Assembly: GCA_964460065.1 (NCBI GenBank)
Contig: CAYWPF010000025.1
Coordinates: 25,504 to 89,503 of the forward strand
DNA length: 64,000 bases
Source: an uncultured Enterobacteriaceae bacterium
GTDB lineage: Bacteria > Desulfobacterota > Binatia > Bin18
Direction of reading: 5' to 3'
Part shown: positions 1 through 9,557 of the stretch, in pieces
How the letters are laid out: each line of letters opens with the position of its first letter
How positions within the stretch are numbered: the first letter of the stretch is position 1
Translations under genes and position numbers: made by a program
The notes under the pieces: model-generated
The model's database searches: none
What the model was told of the DNA's origin: nothing
Seen by the model: only the letters and a program-made list of their open reading frames with translations

Positions 1-91
1 ACCCGCGGTCACTAACCATCTCAGTCCCTTGGGTTTTTAGCCATTCGGAGAGAGTGCTTCGCATCGTGCCAAGCTAGCAAAGAGTGATCGT

Positions 92-1189
92 TCAGGAAAG
101 ATCAGAGGGGCCAACGATGACATTCATATTCCTACGCAGGTGGCGCACGGAAGCTATTCTTTTTTGGGCTTCGTCGACAGCTACACGATGCGGGGAGATG
201 TTTCTTTTTGCGGCATCCGCTAGAATTCTTTTTACGGTGGTGTAGATCTCTTCTGTTTTTGCTTTTGCTCGCTCGTAACGGTAGCCCCCAGGACCGAGTT
301 CATCAGCAACGTTGATGAGGCCGCCGGCGTTGATTGCGAAGTCCGGAGCATAAATGATTCCTTTTTGAAGGAGTAGATCGCTATCATCTTCTGATTGCAA
401 TTGGTTGTTAGCCCCCCCTCCGACGATCCTGCACCGTAACTTCGCAATGGAGTCTGGGTTTAAGATTGCGCCCGCCGCGCAAGGCGCCAGGATGTCGCAC
501 CGTGCTTCAAGAATTTCTTCTGGACTCAATACCTTCGCGCCGAATTCCTCGACGGCGGCCTTGGTGCGGGTTTGGTCGATGTCCGCCACTAAAAGTTTTG
601 CGCCGGCCTCATTGAGATAACGAGCAAGTGCATAGCCGACCTTTCCCAGACCAGGAACTGCGACTGTCATGCTTTCGAATTTGGTGCGCCGGCCTGCTTG
701 TTGCAGGCAGGCGCGTAGTCCGCAGAATACGCCCCAAGCTGTCATAGGCGAAGGGTCGCCACCGCCGCCAAATGCCTGCGAACGGCCAACGCCATATCGG
801 GTCTCAGTAAGAACGTGCTCAATGTCCGCAGTTGTTGTTCCCATATCTTCTGTGGGAATATAACGACCTTGTAAGGAGTGAATGCTTCTCCCTAATGCGC
901 GGAACAGAACCTCTCTGTTGAGTTCTTTAGAGGTGGATAGGACGACCGCCTTTCCACCTCCGTAGGCTAGCCCGGCTAAGGAGGCCTTGTAGGTCATGGC
1001 CTGGGAAAGACGAAGCGCATCAGTCACTGCAAGGGATTCATTTTCGTACGCCCTTAGACGGATCCCGCCAAGTGCCGGGCCCAGTGTCGTATCGTGAATG
1101 CAAATAAGAGCTCGAAGGCCTGCCTCTTGGTCTGAACAAAAGACCAAGTCTTCATGGCCCTTCTGCTGCATGGTGTCGAAGACCCCCAT
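92..1189 (-). CDS. ldh: Leucine dehydrogenase (Glu/Leu/Phe/Val dehydrogenase family)
   Basis: 365 aa. N-terminus MGVFDTM...LVFCSDQEAGLRALICIHDTTLGPALGGIRL closely matches Bacillus LeuDH. Catalytic-lysine motif GLAYGGGKAVV and Rossmann motif GLGKVG are present. Confidence 0.85.
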   Translation of the reverse strand: MGVFDTMQQKGHEDLVFCSDQEAGLRALICIHDTTLGPALGGIRLRAYENESLAVTDALRLSQAMTYKASLAGLAYGGGKAVVLSTSKELNREVLFRALGRSIHSLQGRYIPTEDMGTTTADIEHVLTETRYGVGRSQAFGGGGDPSPMTAWGVFCGLRACLQQAGRRTKFESMTVAVPGLGKVGYALARYLNEAGAKLLVADIDQTRTKAAVEEFGAKVLSPEEILEARCDILAPCAAGAILNPDSIAKLRCRIVGGGANNQLQSEDDSDLLLQKGIIYAPDFAINAGGLINVADELGPGGYRYERAKAKTEEIYTTVKRILADAAKRNISPHRVAVDEAQKRIASVRHLRRNMNVIVGPSDLS

Positions 1190-1207
1190 AGGACAATCGG
1201 AATTCTC

Positions 1208-1513
1208 CTAAACTGCTACCAGAATGTCGGCACCTTCTACCTTGACCTCGAATATCGTTTGTTTCTCGTCTGGATCTTCGCTGTTTTCACCTGTGGTTAC
1301 GTCGAAGTCCCAAGCATGCCAAGGGCATGTGACGAGATTGCCATCAAGCTCCCCTTCGCCGAGAGGACCGCCTTGGTGCGGACAGACATTGTCCATAGCG
1401 TGGAAGTCTCCATTGACATTAAAAATCGCAACTTGTTGGTCGTTAACCTCAAAACACCGGCCTTCGCCTTCAGGAATATCCTGTGCAGATGCTACTTTTA
1501 CGAAATCGGCCAT
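1208..1513 (-). CDS. Rieske [2Fe-2S] ferredoxin (NirD-like small Rieske protein)
   Basis: 101 aa with CPH...CPWH Rieske ligand motifs. Size is typical of an oxygenase ferredoxin or NirD small subunit. Confidence 0.8.
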   Translation of the reverse strand: MADFVKVASAQDIPEGEGRCFEVNDQQVAIFNVNGDFHAMDNVCPHQGGPLGEGELDGNLVTCPWHAWDFDVTTGENSEDPDEKQTIFEVKVEGADILVAV

Positions 1514-1633
1514 GCTTTTCCTCCTATAGCCACGGTGTGGACCAGCTACAAACCTGGCAAATTGTTTAAATGCCCTCTCGGTGACCTAAAAAGCGCGGCT
1601 AGTAAAATGTTGATGCCTCCTCGCGAAGCACTT

Positions 1634-2134
1634 CTACCCGCCGTAGAATACCTTTTCACCGAGATCTGCCATGATCAGTGTGGAGTCGTCCGCACGCCCT
1701 TGCGGAGTCTTTTGCACTACTGCATTCACAACTTTACCAACGAAAATCGAATGGTCCCCATTTTCGACAGTTTGCTCTAGGGTACATTCGACATAGGCAG
1801 GGACGCTTTCAAGGACGGGTGAGCCGGTAGTTCCAGCCTGGTAGGCTTCTCCGTTGATCGTGTTGCCATCTTTCTCGACCGGTTTAAAGAATGCGAAAGC
1901 AGGGCCCTGTTGCCCTTTCCCTAGAATGTTGAGCGCAAAAGATCCTGATTTCTTGACGATTTCATGGGCCCCGGAGTCAGCTTTAACACCTACCACGACG
2001 AGCGGAGGCTCAAAGGCAGTCTGCGTTACCCAATTGACGGTGGCCGCGGCTATCTCTCCATCCTTCTCTGCCGTCATTACGTAAAGGCCGTAAGGGATCA
2101 TTCGCAAGGCCGTTTTTTTAGCATCAGCGTCCAT
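1634..2134 (-). CDS. Flavin reductase-like, FMN-binding domain protein (HpaC-like)
   Basis: 166 aa. The MIPYGLYVMTA...AATVNW...FALNIL pattern is typical of the flavin reductase domain. RBS GAGGGAG lies 7 nt upstream of the ATG. Confidence 0.8.
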   Translation of the reverse strand: MDADAKKTALRMIPYGLYVMTAEKDGEIAAATVNWVTQTAFEPPLVVVGVKADSGAHEIVKKSGSFALNILGKGQQGPAFAFFKPVEKDGNTINGEAYQAGTTGSPVLESVPAYVECTLEQTVENGDHSIFVGKVVNAVVQKTPQGRADDSTLIMADLGEKVFYGG

Positions 2135-2241
2135 AAATCTGTCTCCCTCTTCTAAGTGGTGTTGACACGGTCCTTCTATCTTCCCGGCGATGACGGTTCA
2201 AGTGCCGTCCTATAAAGTGTGACCTCGCGTGGATTTCTTCC

Positions 2242-3309
2242 TTAGACCGGCACCATCCAATTATGGTCGTCAGGTTTAATTCCTCGCTGAATATCAGACA
2301 GATGATCGAATAACTGTCGGGCTAAGGGGCCGACCTCCCCATTATTGATCAGTGCGGTTTCGTTTTTGTAGCATAATTCGCTGACTGGGGAGATGACGGC
2401 AGCGGTTCCCATGCCGAAGATCTCGTTAAGTGTGCCGTCCCGAGCGGAATCGAAAACTTCCGTTACGCTGATGGGTCTTTCTTCGACCACTGTACCGCTA
2501 TCCTTTGCAAGTTGGAGAACAGAATCGCGTGTGACCCCTTCTAGGATCGTTCCTGTTGCCGGCGGTGTCACGAGTACGTTGTCTATGACGAATGCAATGT
2601 TCATGGATCCAACTTCCTCGATATATTTTTGAAGTATACCGTCAAGCCAAAGAATTTGAGAGAAGCCCTCTTGATGTGCTTCTTCGCCCGCTAATAGGCT
2701 GCCGGCGTAATTGCCGGCAGCTTTTGTGGCTCCCGTACCGCCGCGAATGGCCCGTGCGTAGCGACTTTCCACACGAATTCTGAGTGGGTTAAATCCCTCG
2801 GCGTAGTAAGCGCCGACAGGGGATAGAATGATATAGAACTGGTAGGTGTCTGACGCGCGTACCCGTAGGTCTGCATCTCGTCCGAAGGCCACCGGACGGA
2901 CGTAAAGCGAGGTTCCGGGAGCACTTGGGACCCAGTCCTGATCAAGCGCAATAAGTTGTTTCAAACTGGCCAGAAACAGGTCAGGATCGATAGCGGGGAT
3001 GCAGAGCCGCCGAGCCGAACGATTAAAACGGGCAATATTCTTGTCTGGTCTAAACAGCATGACTCTTCCAGAAACACACCTGTACGCCTTGAGTCCTTCG
3101 AATATGGCCTGTGCGTAGTGAAAGACTGCGGATGCTGGTTCGAGTAACAATGGACCATAGGGCACGATCCGGGGGTCGGTCCAATTGTCCCGGCTGGTAC
3201 CTTCCATGACAAACATATGATCCGTAAATATTTGTCCAAAAGTGAGATCAGCATCCGCGGGTTTGGTTCTGGGGCTTGTGGTGTGCTCGGTGCGGATATT
3301 GTTGGTCAT
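2242..3309 (-). CDS. ilvE: Branched-chain amino acid aminotransferase (class IV aminotransferase)
   Basis: 355 aa. N-terminus LTFGQIFTDHMFVMEG and overall length fit the long-form BCAT (IlvE/YbgE type). Confidence 0.85.
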   Translation of the reverse strand: MTNNIRTEHTTSPRTKPADADLTFGQIFTDHMFVMEGTSRDNWTDPRIVPYGPLLLEPASAVFHYAQAIFEGLKAYRCVSGRVMLFRPDKNIARFNRSARRLCIPAIDPDLFLASLKQLIALDQDWVPSAPGTSLYVRPVAFGRDADLRVRASDTYQFYIILSPVGAYYAEGFNPLRIRVESRYARAIRGGTGATKAAGNYAGSLLAGEEAHQEGFSQILWLDGILQKYIEEVGSMNIAFVIDNVLVTPPATGTILEGVTRDSVLQLAKDSGTVVEERPISVTEVFDSARDGTLNEIFGMGTAAVISPVSELCYKNETALINNGEVGPLARQLFDHLSDIQRGIKPDDHNWMVPV

Positions 3310-3522
3310 TCTTGGTAATTCCCGTTGTGTCAGTATTAGAATGTGGCTCTGAGTGGTTCCTTAGCCGATAGCCCAGCCTCAAGCGGGCGAAAATTTGCAA
3401 GCGTTTACCGTATCACACGGGCGCGCGCAGGAGTACAGTCCTCTCTCCCCGCGTTGACGAAATGTTAGTCCCCCAGTTAGGGTCATTGCTCAACCCAAGC
3501 GCGCTGCAACCAAGGAGGTAGT

Positions 3523-4068
3523 ATGGCTCGTATTCCGTATCCTAAGTTAGAGGATTTACCAGACAAAATTCGCACTGCGGCAGAGCGTCTGCCGCCGCTC
3601 AATATTATGAGAATGTTTCTCAATGCTCCGACAAACGCCATACCTCTTTTATCTTTCGGTCAGTCGATTCTTACGCGACAGGAACTCGACGCGCGACTTC
3701 GTGAACTGGCAATCCTGAGAGTGGCACATCTAACAGGTGCGACATACGAATGGACGCAGCACGTTCCAATCGCTAAAGAGACTGGGGTTACCGAGGCCGA
3801 AGTTGATGCCGTTCCCGTAGGGGCCGATAGTGAAATTTTTGGGGATCTGGAGAAAAAACTGCTACGATTCACCGACGAGGTGACCTTAAAGGTCAAGGCA
3901 ACAGACCAGACGTTTTCTGCACTCGAACAAGAACTAGGGCCCCGGCAAATGGTCGAATTGGCTTTGGCCATAGGGTTCTATGGGATGGTAGCGCGTATCA
4001 TGGAATCTTTTGAGGTTGAATTAGAGGCCACTGCGGGGACGTATACAATTGACCAACTTCGGCGTTAA
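3523..4068 (+). CDS. Carboxymuconolactone decarboxylase family protein (AhpD-like fold)
   Basis: 181 aa. CMD/AhpD-like helical core (ILRVAHLTGATYEWTQH). RBS AAGGAGG lies upstream. Confidence 0.65.
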   Translation: MARIPYPKLEDLPDKIRTAAERLPPLNIMRMFLNAPTNAIPLLSFGQSILTRQELDARLRELAILRVAHLTGATYEWTQHVPIAKETGVTEAEVDAVPVGADSEIFGDLEKKLLRFTDEVTLKVKATDQTFSALEQELGPRQMVELALAIGFYGMVARIMESFEVELEATAGTYTIDQLRR

Positions 4069-4439
4069 GGTTTCTCTTCGAAATGGATACGGGGCGCCTT
4101 CCAGCGTGTCCGTAAGCGGCCGAATACGCTTTTAGGTTCTTGGTCCCTTCGATTGTGCGCGTCAATTTCACTGTACAGACGCGCAACGTCAATACCGAGG
4201 TGGCTTGGTCGATGATCCTCCAACCGCATCAATGCTTGCGTGAGCAGATTTTTGGATCCCTGCGTCCCACCCCGGTTCAACCGCAGATGGAAGCCGGTGG
4301 ACAAGCGAATCAACGCTTCATAAAACATCTTGTCTTCGTCCGGGGCCTCACGCCATAAGTCCTCTATTATCTCATGGCAGGCGAAATATTTCTGTTTGTT
4401 GAAGAGGCGTACGGCCTCCTTGAGGTTTGTGTTCATCAC
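4065..4439 (-). CDS. DUF309 domain protein
   Basis: 124 aa. The LFNKQKYFACHEIIEDLWRE motif is typical of DUF309. It overlaps the convergent neighbour by 4 bp. Confidence 0.55.
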   Translation of the reverse strand: MMNTNLKEAVRLFNKQKYFACHEIIEDLWREAPDEDKMFYEALIRLSTGFHLRLNRGGTQGSKNLLTQALMRLEDHRPSHLGIDVARLYSEIDAHNRRDQEPKSVFGRLRTRWKAPRIHFEEKP

Positions 4440-4480
4440 GACTATGACAACAAGGGAATTGAGAAAGTGAGGTCCATCTT

Positions 4481-5932
4481 ATGCCGCTACGTACTGTTGA
4501 GCAATATAAAGAAAGTCTAAAGGATGATCGCGTGGTATTTTTTCGGGGACAGAGAATTCCAGACGTCACACAACATCCTCTCATACGCACGGCGATAGAT
4601 CATGAAGCGACCGACTACCGGCTGATGCACGACCCCGAATACCGGGACCTGGCCGTAGTTCGAAATCCGAAGAATGGGCAAGAGATGAGCAGATATTTTC
4701 TCCCGCCGACGGATGCGTCACAGCTTGGTCAACGGAGTCGCCTCATCGAAACGGCGTGTCGTGAAGGTGGTAGTTTGGTCGTCCTCGCGAAGGTTGTAGG
4801 CAGTGACGCGCTTTTCGGCTTGATGCGTACCACCAAGAAGATAGATGAGACCTGCGGGACCTCTTATTTCGACCGTGTCAAAAGCTTCTATGATTATTGT
4901 TGTGAGGCCGATGTTAGCTTTGCGTTGGCGCAAACAGACGCCAAAGGCGATCGTGCGTTGCGGCCGTCTGACCAAGAAGACCCAGACTCTTACCTTCGTA
5001 TTGTCGAAGAGCGTCCAGACGGCATCATCGTGCGGGGAGCAAAGATTCATACATCGAATACTACCCACGCGAATGAAATGGTCGTCTTGCCGACCCGCGC
5101 TATGGGCGAAGCGGACAAGGAGTATGCTGTCGCCTTCGCTATTCCACTCGACACGAAAGGCGTCAAGTTGCTGATGAGTGGCTATGGCTCGTACACACAG
5201 CGTAACAGTTTTGACCATCCGGTAAGCTCGTCCGTAAAAATGACAGAAACAATAACGGTCTTCGAGGACGTCTTTATCCCCAACGACCGGATTTTTTTGA
5301 AGGGCGAGTGGCAGTATGCGGGTCCATTGGCGTTGTCGTTCGTCGAATATCATCGGCTTACTGCTATTTCCTACAAACTCCCATTTTTGGATTTATTGGC
5401 GGGGGCGGGCCGTCTTATGGCTGAATATAACGGAATAGAAAATGCCGCACACGTTAAGGAGAAATTGTTTTGGTTGGCCAGTTATGCCGAAACGACACGC
5501 GCGCTGACACAGATGGCATGCATGCGGGCACGAAAAACCGATTTTGACATGGTCATACCGGATCCTGCTACGGTCAACATCGCGAAGCACCATTTTGCGG
5601 CGGATTTCCATCAGGCCCTCTCGTACGTTCAGGACCTTGCGGGCGGCATAGTCGTTACCGGCCCGGCCGTCGAAGATTTGCAAAGTGAGGAAACGGGCCC
5701 ACTGATAGAGAAGTACTTGAAGGGGAAAAAGGGGACTTCTGGCAAGGAAAGGCTTCAAATCATAAATCTCATTCAAGATATTACGGCTTCCGATTTTGGT
5801 GGTTATAATGCCGTACTTGCTTTGCATGCCGAGGGCTCCATGGAGGCAGAAAAGATGCAGCTGTATAGAGAGTATGACTGGGACCGAGTGCGCGACTATG
5901 CTGCGGGTATGGCTCGTATCGGTAAGGTCTAA
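4481..5932 (+). CDS. HpaB/AbfD-family flavoprotein (4-hydroxyphenylacetate 3-monooxygenase oxygenase component / 4-hydroxybutyryl-CoA dehydratase family)
   Basis: 483 aa. The stretch DAKGDRALRPSDQEDPDSYLRIVEERPDGIIVRGAKIHTSN...AMGEADKEYAVAFAIP closely parallels the remembered AbfD/HpaB core. Confidence 0.8.
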   Translation: MPLRTVEQYKESLKDDRVVFFRGQRIPDVTQHPLIRTAIDHEATDYRLMHDPEYRDLAVVRNPKNGQEMSRYFLPPTDASQLGQRSRLIETACREGGSLVVLAKVVGSDALFGLMRTTKKIDETCGTSYFDRVKSFYDYCCEADVSFALAQTDAKGDRALRPSDQEDPDSYLRIVEERPDGIIVRGAKIHTSNTTHANEMVVLPTRAMGEADKEYAVAFAIPLDTKGVKLLMSGYGSYTQRNSFDHPVSSSVKMTETITVFEDVFIPNDRIFLKGEWQYAGPLALSFVEYHRLTAISYKLPFLDLLAGAGRLMAEYNGIENAAHVKEKLFWLASYAETTRALTQMACMRARKTDFDMVIPDPATVNIAKHHFAADFHQALSYVQDLAGGIVVTGPAVEDLQSEETGPLIEKYLKGKKGTSGKERLQIINLIQDITASDFGGYNAVLALHAEGSMEAEKMQLYREYDWDRVRDYAAGMARIGKV

Positions 5933-6030
5933 AATTGGAGGTCTATTGTTTGCCACGGAGTTGGCGTTGCTAAGGCGTAGGACAAATTGAGAAAATAGAA
6001 CGATTGATCAAAAATGGAGGAGATCTGAAA

Positions 6031-7626
6031 ATGACTCGATATGGAGAAGAGATACAGCCGCAAGCCGTGGCCGGGTGGCAGTTGACGCGTGCTTCCAGCG
6101 CGAGCGCCCTTTTCGGGGCAAACGGGATGCGCATGGGGTCCGATGGCAAACTCTATGTCGTGCAGGCCTTTGGCAGCCAGGTGAGCGCAGTCCATCCTGA
6201 AGACGGGGTGTGCGAAACGATATCGCCGGTTGGCGGTCCTATCGTTGCGCCTGATGATATTGCCTTTGATTCGCATGACGTGATGTATGTTACGGAGGTG
6301 ATGAGCGCGCGCGTCTCCGCCCGCGCTAAGAATGGGGACGTTCGAGTCATCGCCGACAATGTTCCGGCGGCCAACGGTATCACCGTTCACCAGGACCGAG
6401 TCTTTATGGACGAATGCAGGCCGGGTGGCCGGCTGTTCGAATTGTACCCGGATGGTAGCGAACCGAGAGTCATTGCGGAGAACCTGCCTCTGCCTAACGC
6501 TCTTTCCGTTGGGCCCGACGGTTTGCTGTACTTCCCCCAGATCGCCGCCGGTGAAATCTGGAGGTGTCCTATAGAGGGGGGTGTGCCCGAGCGGTTTATG
6601 GATGGGTTTGCTGTGCCGACCGCCGTAAAGTTTGATCGTGACGGGTTGCTAACGGTTACACAGGCGGCAACGGGTCAGGTAGTAAGAATCAATATACAGA
6701 CGGAAGATAAGACGGTCCTCGCATACGTTAGGCCCGGTATAGATAACCTCGCATTCGGAGACGATAACCGCCTCTTTATCTCGCACTTTGTTGACGGGGG
6801 CGTCTCAGAAATTATGGCCGATGGGTCCGAACTCTCCATGGTTCAACCGGGGCTGTTGGGCCCCTTTGGATTGACCGTTACCGGGGAAGGCGCTGTATAC
6901 GCTGCCGACGGTATGAGCATGGTCGCGGTCAGCCCGGATGGAGAAGTGAGCAGGCCCACTATGTTCACTCGTGAGGGATATCCAGGTTTTATTCGGGGCA
7001 TTGCGGCTGCCGGTTCCGGGGGAAACGTGTACGTGACGACATCCGCCGGGGAAATTGTGTTGTATGATTTTCAAACCAGTCAGTCGAAAATCTTGGCGAG
7101 TGAGTTGAATGAATTATATGCCCTCCAACAGGCGCCGGACGGGAGTGTTGTGGTGGCCGAGGGCGGAGAAGGTCGCCTACTAAAAGTTACATTGGATGGT
7201 GACGTCACAGTGCTCGCTCGAGGCCTGAGTCGGCCCACTGGCGTTGCTGTGAACGATGACGGTTCAATTTACGTTTCCGAAGCTGGAGCCGGAAAGGTCT
7301 CACTCATAGATGGCGGTAAATCTACAATTGTCGAAGGGCTAGTAGCGCCGCAAGGAATCGCGTTATTTGGAACAGAACTCTTGGTCTTGGATACCATGTC
7401 TAAAGAGTTGTTAGCTGTGTCGTTACCCACACACGATCGGAAAATTATAGCTTCCGGCCTGCCTGTAGGGCCGCAGCCCGGTGTCACGCCAAAATTACTG
7501 ATGGGAATAGCCGGGCTCATACAAGGCCCCTTAACACCTTTCTCGGGACTGGCGGTCGGCCCGAATGGAACGATCTACGTCTCCGCGGATGGGGAGGGGA
7601 GTGTACTGGCGCTGAAACAACTGTAG
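6031..7626 (+). CDS. Two-domain beta-propeller protein (SMP-30/gluconolactonase/LRE-like or NHL-like repeats), function unknown
   Basis: The ORF track opens at 6004. I chose the ATG at 6031 because it follows RBS GGAGGAG. The protein shows repeated LYF/IYV...DG blade-like units in two ~260-aa halves. Confidence 0.55.
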   Translation: MTRYGEEIQPQAVAGWQLTRASSASALFGANGMRMGSDGKLYVVQAFGSQVSAVHPEDGVCETISPVGGPIVAPDDIAFDSHDVMYVTEVMSARVSARAKNGDVRVIADNVPAANGITVHQDRVFMDECRPGGRLFELYPDGSEPRVIAENLPLPNALSVGPDGLLYFPQIAAGEIWRCPIEGGVPERFMDGFAVPTAVKFDRDGLLTVTQAATGQVVRINIQTEDKTVLAYVRPGIDNLAFGDDNRLFISHFVDGGVSEIMADGSELSMVQPGLLGPFGLTVTGEGAVYAADGMSMVAVSPDGEVSRPTMFTREGYPGFIRGIAAAGSGGNVYVTTSAGEIVLYDFQTSQSKILASELNELYALQQAPDGSVVVAEGGEGRLLKVTLDGDVTVLARGLSRPTGVAVNDDGSIYVSEAGAGKVSLIDGGKSTIVEGLVAPQGIALFGTELLVLDTMSKELLAVSLPTHDRKIIASGLPVGPQPGVTPKLLMGIAGLIQGPLTPFSGLAVGPNGTIYVSADGEGSVLALKQL

Positions 7627-7741
7627 GACGAAAATTAGGCCTGCAGGAACTCGCTAGTCGGGACAAATTCCGGTGTGGAACGGGTTGCGACCGCAATTCC
7701 TGCGTTTACTCGCGTTCTGCCGGTTTCGCCGTGCGCTTGAC

Positions 7742-8725
7742 CTAGGTCGCTACTTCCAACACTATTTTCCCGAAATTTTTATTCATTTCCATGTACCGAT
7801 GCGCCTCATCAGCCTCATCGAGAGGGAACTTCTTGTCTATGATAGGCCGAATTTTCCCATTTTCTAAAAGGGGTAACCAATCTTCTTTGAATTTCTGGCT
7901 AATGACTATTTTGTCCTGTAGGGTGCGACTTCGAAGGACAGATCCCATAATCTGAAGCCGTTTTCTGAGTATTAGGCCGAGGTTTGCGTGGACCTTGACC
8001 CCACCTAAGAGCCCTACTATGACCAACCGGCCGCCCACGCGGAGAGAGTCCAAGTTTTTCTCCCAATAAGCGGCACCGATGAAGTCCTCAATCATGTCCA
8101 CTCCGGTGCCTTTTGTCATGTCCTTGATCCATTCTGAAAAATCTTGCTTTTTATAATTGCAGCCCGCGGTTGCTCCGAGTTCGATGCACTGGTGAAGTTT
8201 TTGATCTGACCCGGCCGTCACAAAGACTTTGGCCCCGGCTTCTCTAGCCATTTGGATGGCGGCTGTTCCAACGCCACTGGCTCCAGCGTGAATAAGAATT
8301 GTCTCGTCGGTCGTTAACTTCCCTAAGGTGAAAATGGTTTCTTGCGCAGTGAAATAGACCTCTGGTACTGCCGCCGCTTGTGCGAAAGTCCAGGGGGTCG
8401 GTATTGGCAAAGCCATACGGGCATCAATCACCGCCTTCTCCGCATACCCCCCGCCTCCAACCAGGCCAAATATGCGTTCCCCCACGGTTCGGCCAGTGAC
8501 GGCGGAGCCGACCCTTTCTATCTCCCCCGCTAGCTCGAGCCCCAGAATGTCGGACTCTCCTACCGGTGGCGGGTACTGGCCCTGTCGTTGCAAGGTGTCA
8601 GCACGGTTCAGTGCCGTAGCACGGACGCGCACCAGTACCTGTTCAGGGGAGGGGTCGGGGTCAGGTACTTCTCGAAGTGTTAAGACTTCTGGTCCGCCGG
8701 CGCTTTCGAAATGTATGGCCTGCAT
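7742..8725 (-). CDS. NAD(P)H:quinone oxidoreductase (MDR superfamily, Qor/PIG3-like)
   Basis: 327 aa. Nucleotide-binding motif GASGVGTAAIQ. The N-terminus LTLREVPDPDPSPEQVLVRVRATALNRADT is typical of the zeta-crystallin/Qor family. Confidence 0.8.
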   Translation of the reverse strand: MQAIHFESAGGPEVLTLREVPDPDPSPEQVLVRVRATALNRADTLQRQGQYPPPVGESDILGLELAGEIERVGSAVTGRTVGERIFGLVGGGGYAEKAVIDARMALPIPTPWTFAQAAAVPEVYFTAQETIFTLGKLTTDETILIHAGASGVGTAAIQMAREAGAKVFVTAGSDQKLHQCIELGATAGCNYKKQDFSEWIKDMTKGTGVDMIEDFIGAAYWEKNLDSLRVGGRLVIVGLLGGVKVHANLGLILRKRLQIMGSVLRSRTLQDKIVISQKFKEDWLPLLENGKIRPIIDKKFPLDEADEAHRYMEMNKNFGKIVLEVAT

Positions 8726-8746
8726 GAGTTGGTCCCCATTGTCGTT

Positions 8747-9538
8747 TTATTTGCCCTTGAAAGTTGCCTTTCGTTTCTCAACAAACGCAGTTATTCCTTC
8801 AGCAAAGTCGGGTGTTCCCATGGACAACGTGATTGATCGCGCCTCGCTGTGGAGTTGTTCGTGAAGGGAGCTTCCTAAGCTTTGGTTTAGTAAGAGCTTG
8901 GTCCGTCCGAACGCAGCAGTGGGACCCTGCGCAAGCTCTTCAGCTAATTTCTTGGCCTCCTCTGCGACTTGCTCCGTTTCCACAACTGCCGTTAACAGAC
9001 CGAGGCCTAGGGCCTCTGCGGCAGAAATCGGTTTATTCCGCAAGAACATCTCCGTGGCTTTCGCCAGGCCCACATAGCGCGGGAGAAAAAACGTGGAACT
9101 CGAGTCGGGGCTGGCGCCGATGCCAAGGAAGGCCGTAACTAATGTAACGGCGGGGGAGGCAATTCGAAAATCGCACGAGAGGGCCAATCCAAATCCTCCG
9201 CCGGCAGCCACTCCGTTTAGCGCAGCAACGACAGGTTTGGGAATCTCTCGGATCATAGAGATCGCGGAGTGGAGGATTGGCATCATTTTTTCGACGCTCG
9301 GCACGATCTGGTTCTGAGCAAGTGCTCCCGCGAAAAATTTGATATCGCCGCCGCCACTAAATGCCTTTCCGTTCCCCGTCAAGATGATCGCTCTGATGTC
9401 GTCGTCGTCCCAGCACTCTAAAAGCGCTTGGCGTAATGCGGCCGAAAGGTCACTGTTCATCACATTAAACTGGTCCGGCCTATTCAGTGTGATGGTTGCA
9501 ATGTTGCTGTCTTTGTTCCAATAAACGGCTTGTTCCAT
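8747..9538 (-). CDS. Enoyl-CoA hydratase/isomerase family protein
   Basis: Crotonase fold (ITLNRPDQFNVMN...GNGKAFSGGGDIK). I trimmed the start to the internal Met (MEQAVYW) because the upstream extension has no homology. Confidence 0.8.
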   Translation of the reverse strand: MEQAVYWNKDSNIATITLNRPDQFNVMNSDLSAALRQALLECWDDDDIRAIILTGNGKAFSGGGDIKFFAGALAQNQIVPSVEKMMPILHSAISMIREIPKPVVAALNGVAAGGGFGLALSCDFRIASPAVTLVTAFLGIGASPDSSSTFFLPRYVGLAKATEMFLRNKPISAAEALGLGLLTAVVETEQVAEEAKKLAEELAQGPTAAFGRTKLLLNQSLGSSLHEQLHSEARSITLSMGTPDFAEGITAFVEKRKATFKGK

Positions 9539-9557
9539 ATTTTGTTCCTTTCTTTTT

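Noticed and set aside
4718-5353. 211-aa antisense ORF inside the HpaB-like gene, and similar antisense or overlapping ORFs in the track (e.g. 45001..45522, 62462..63157, 46560..46973, 14145..14618)
   Set aside because: Each overlaps a gene with clear family homology on the other strand. None has a start context or recognisable motifs.
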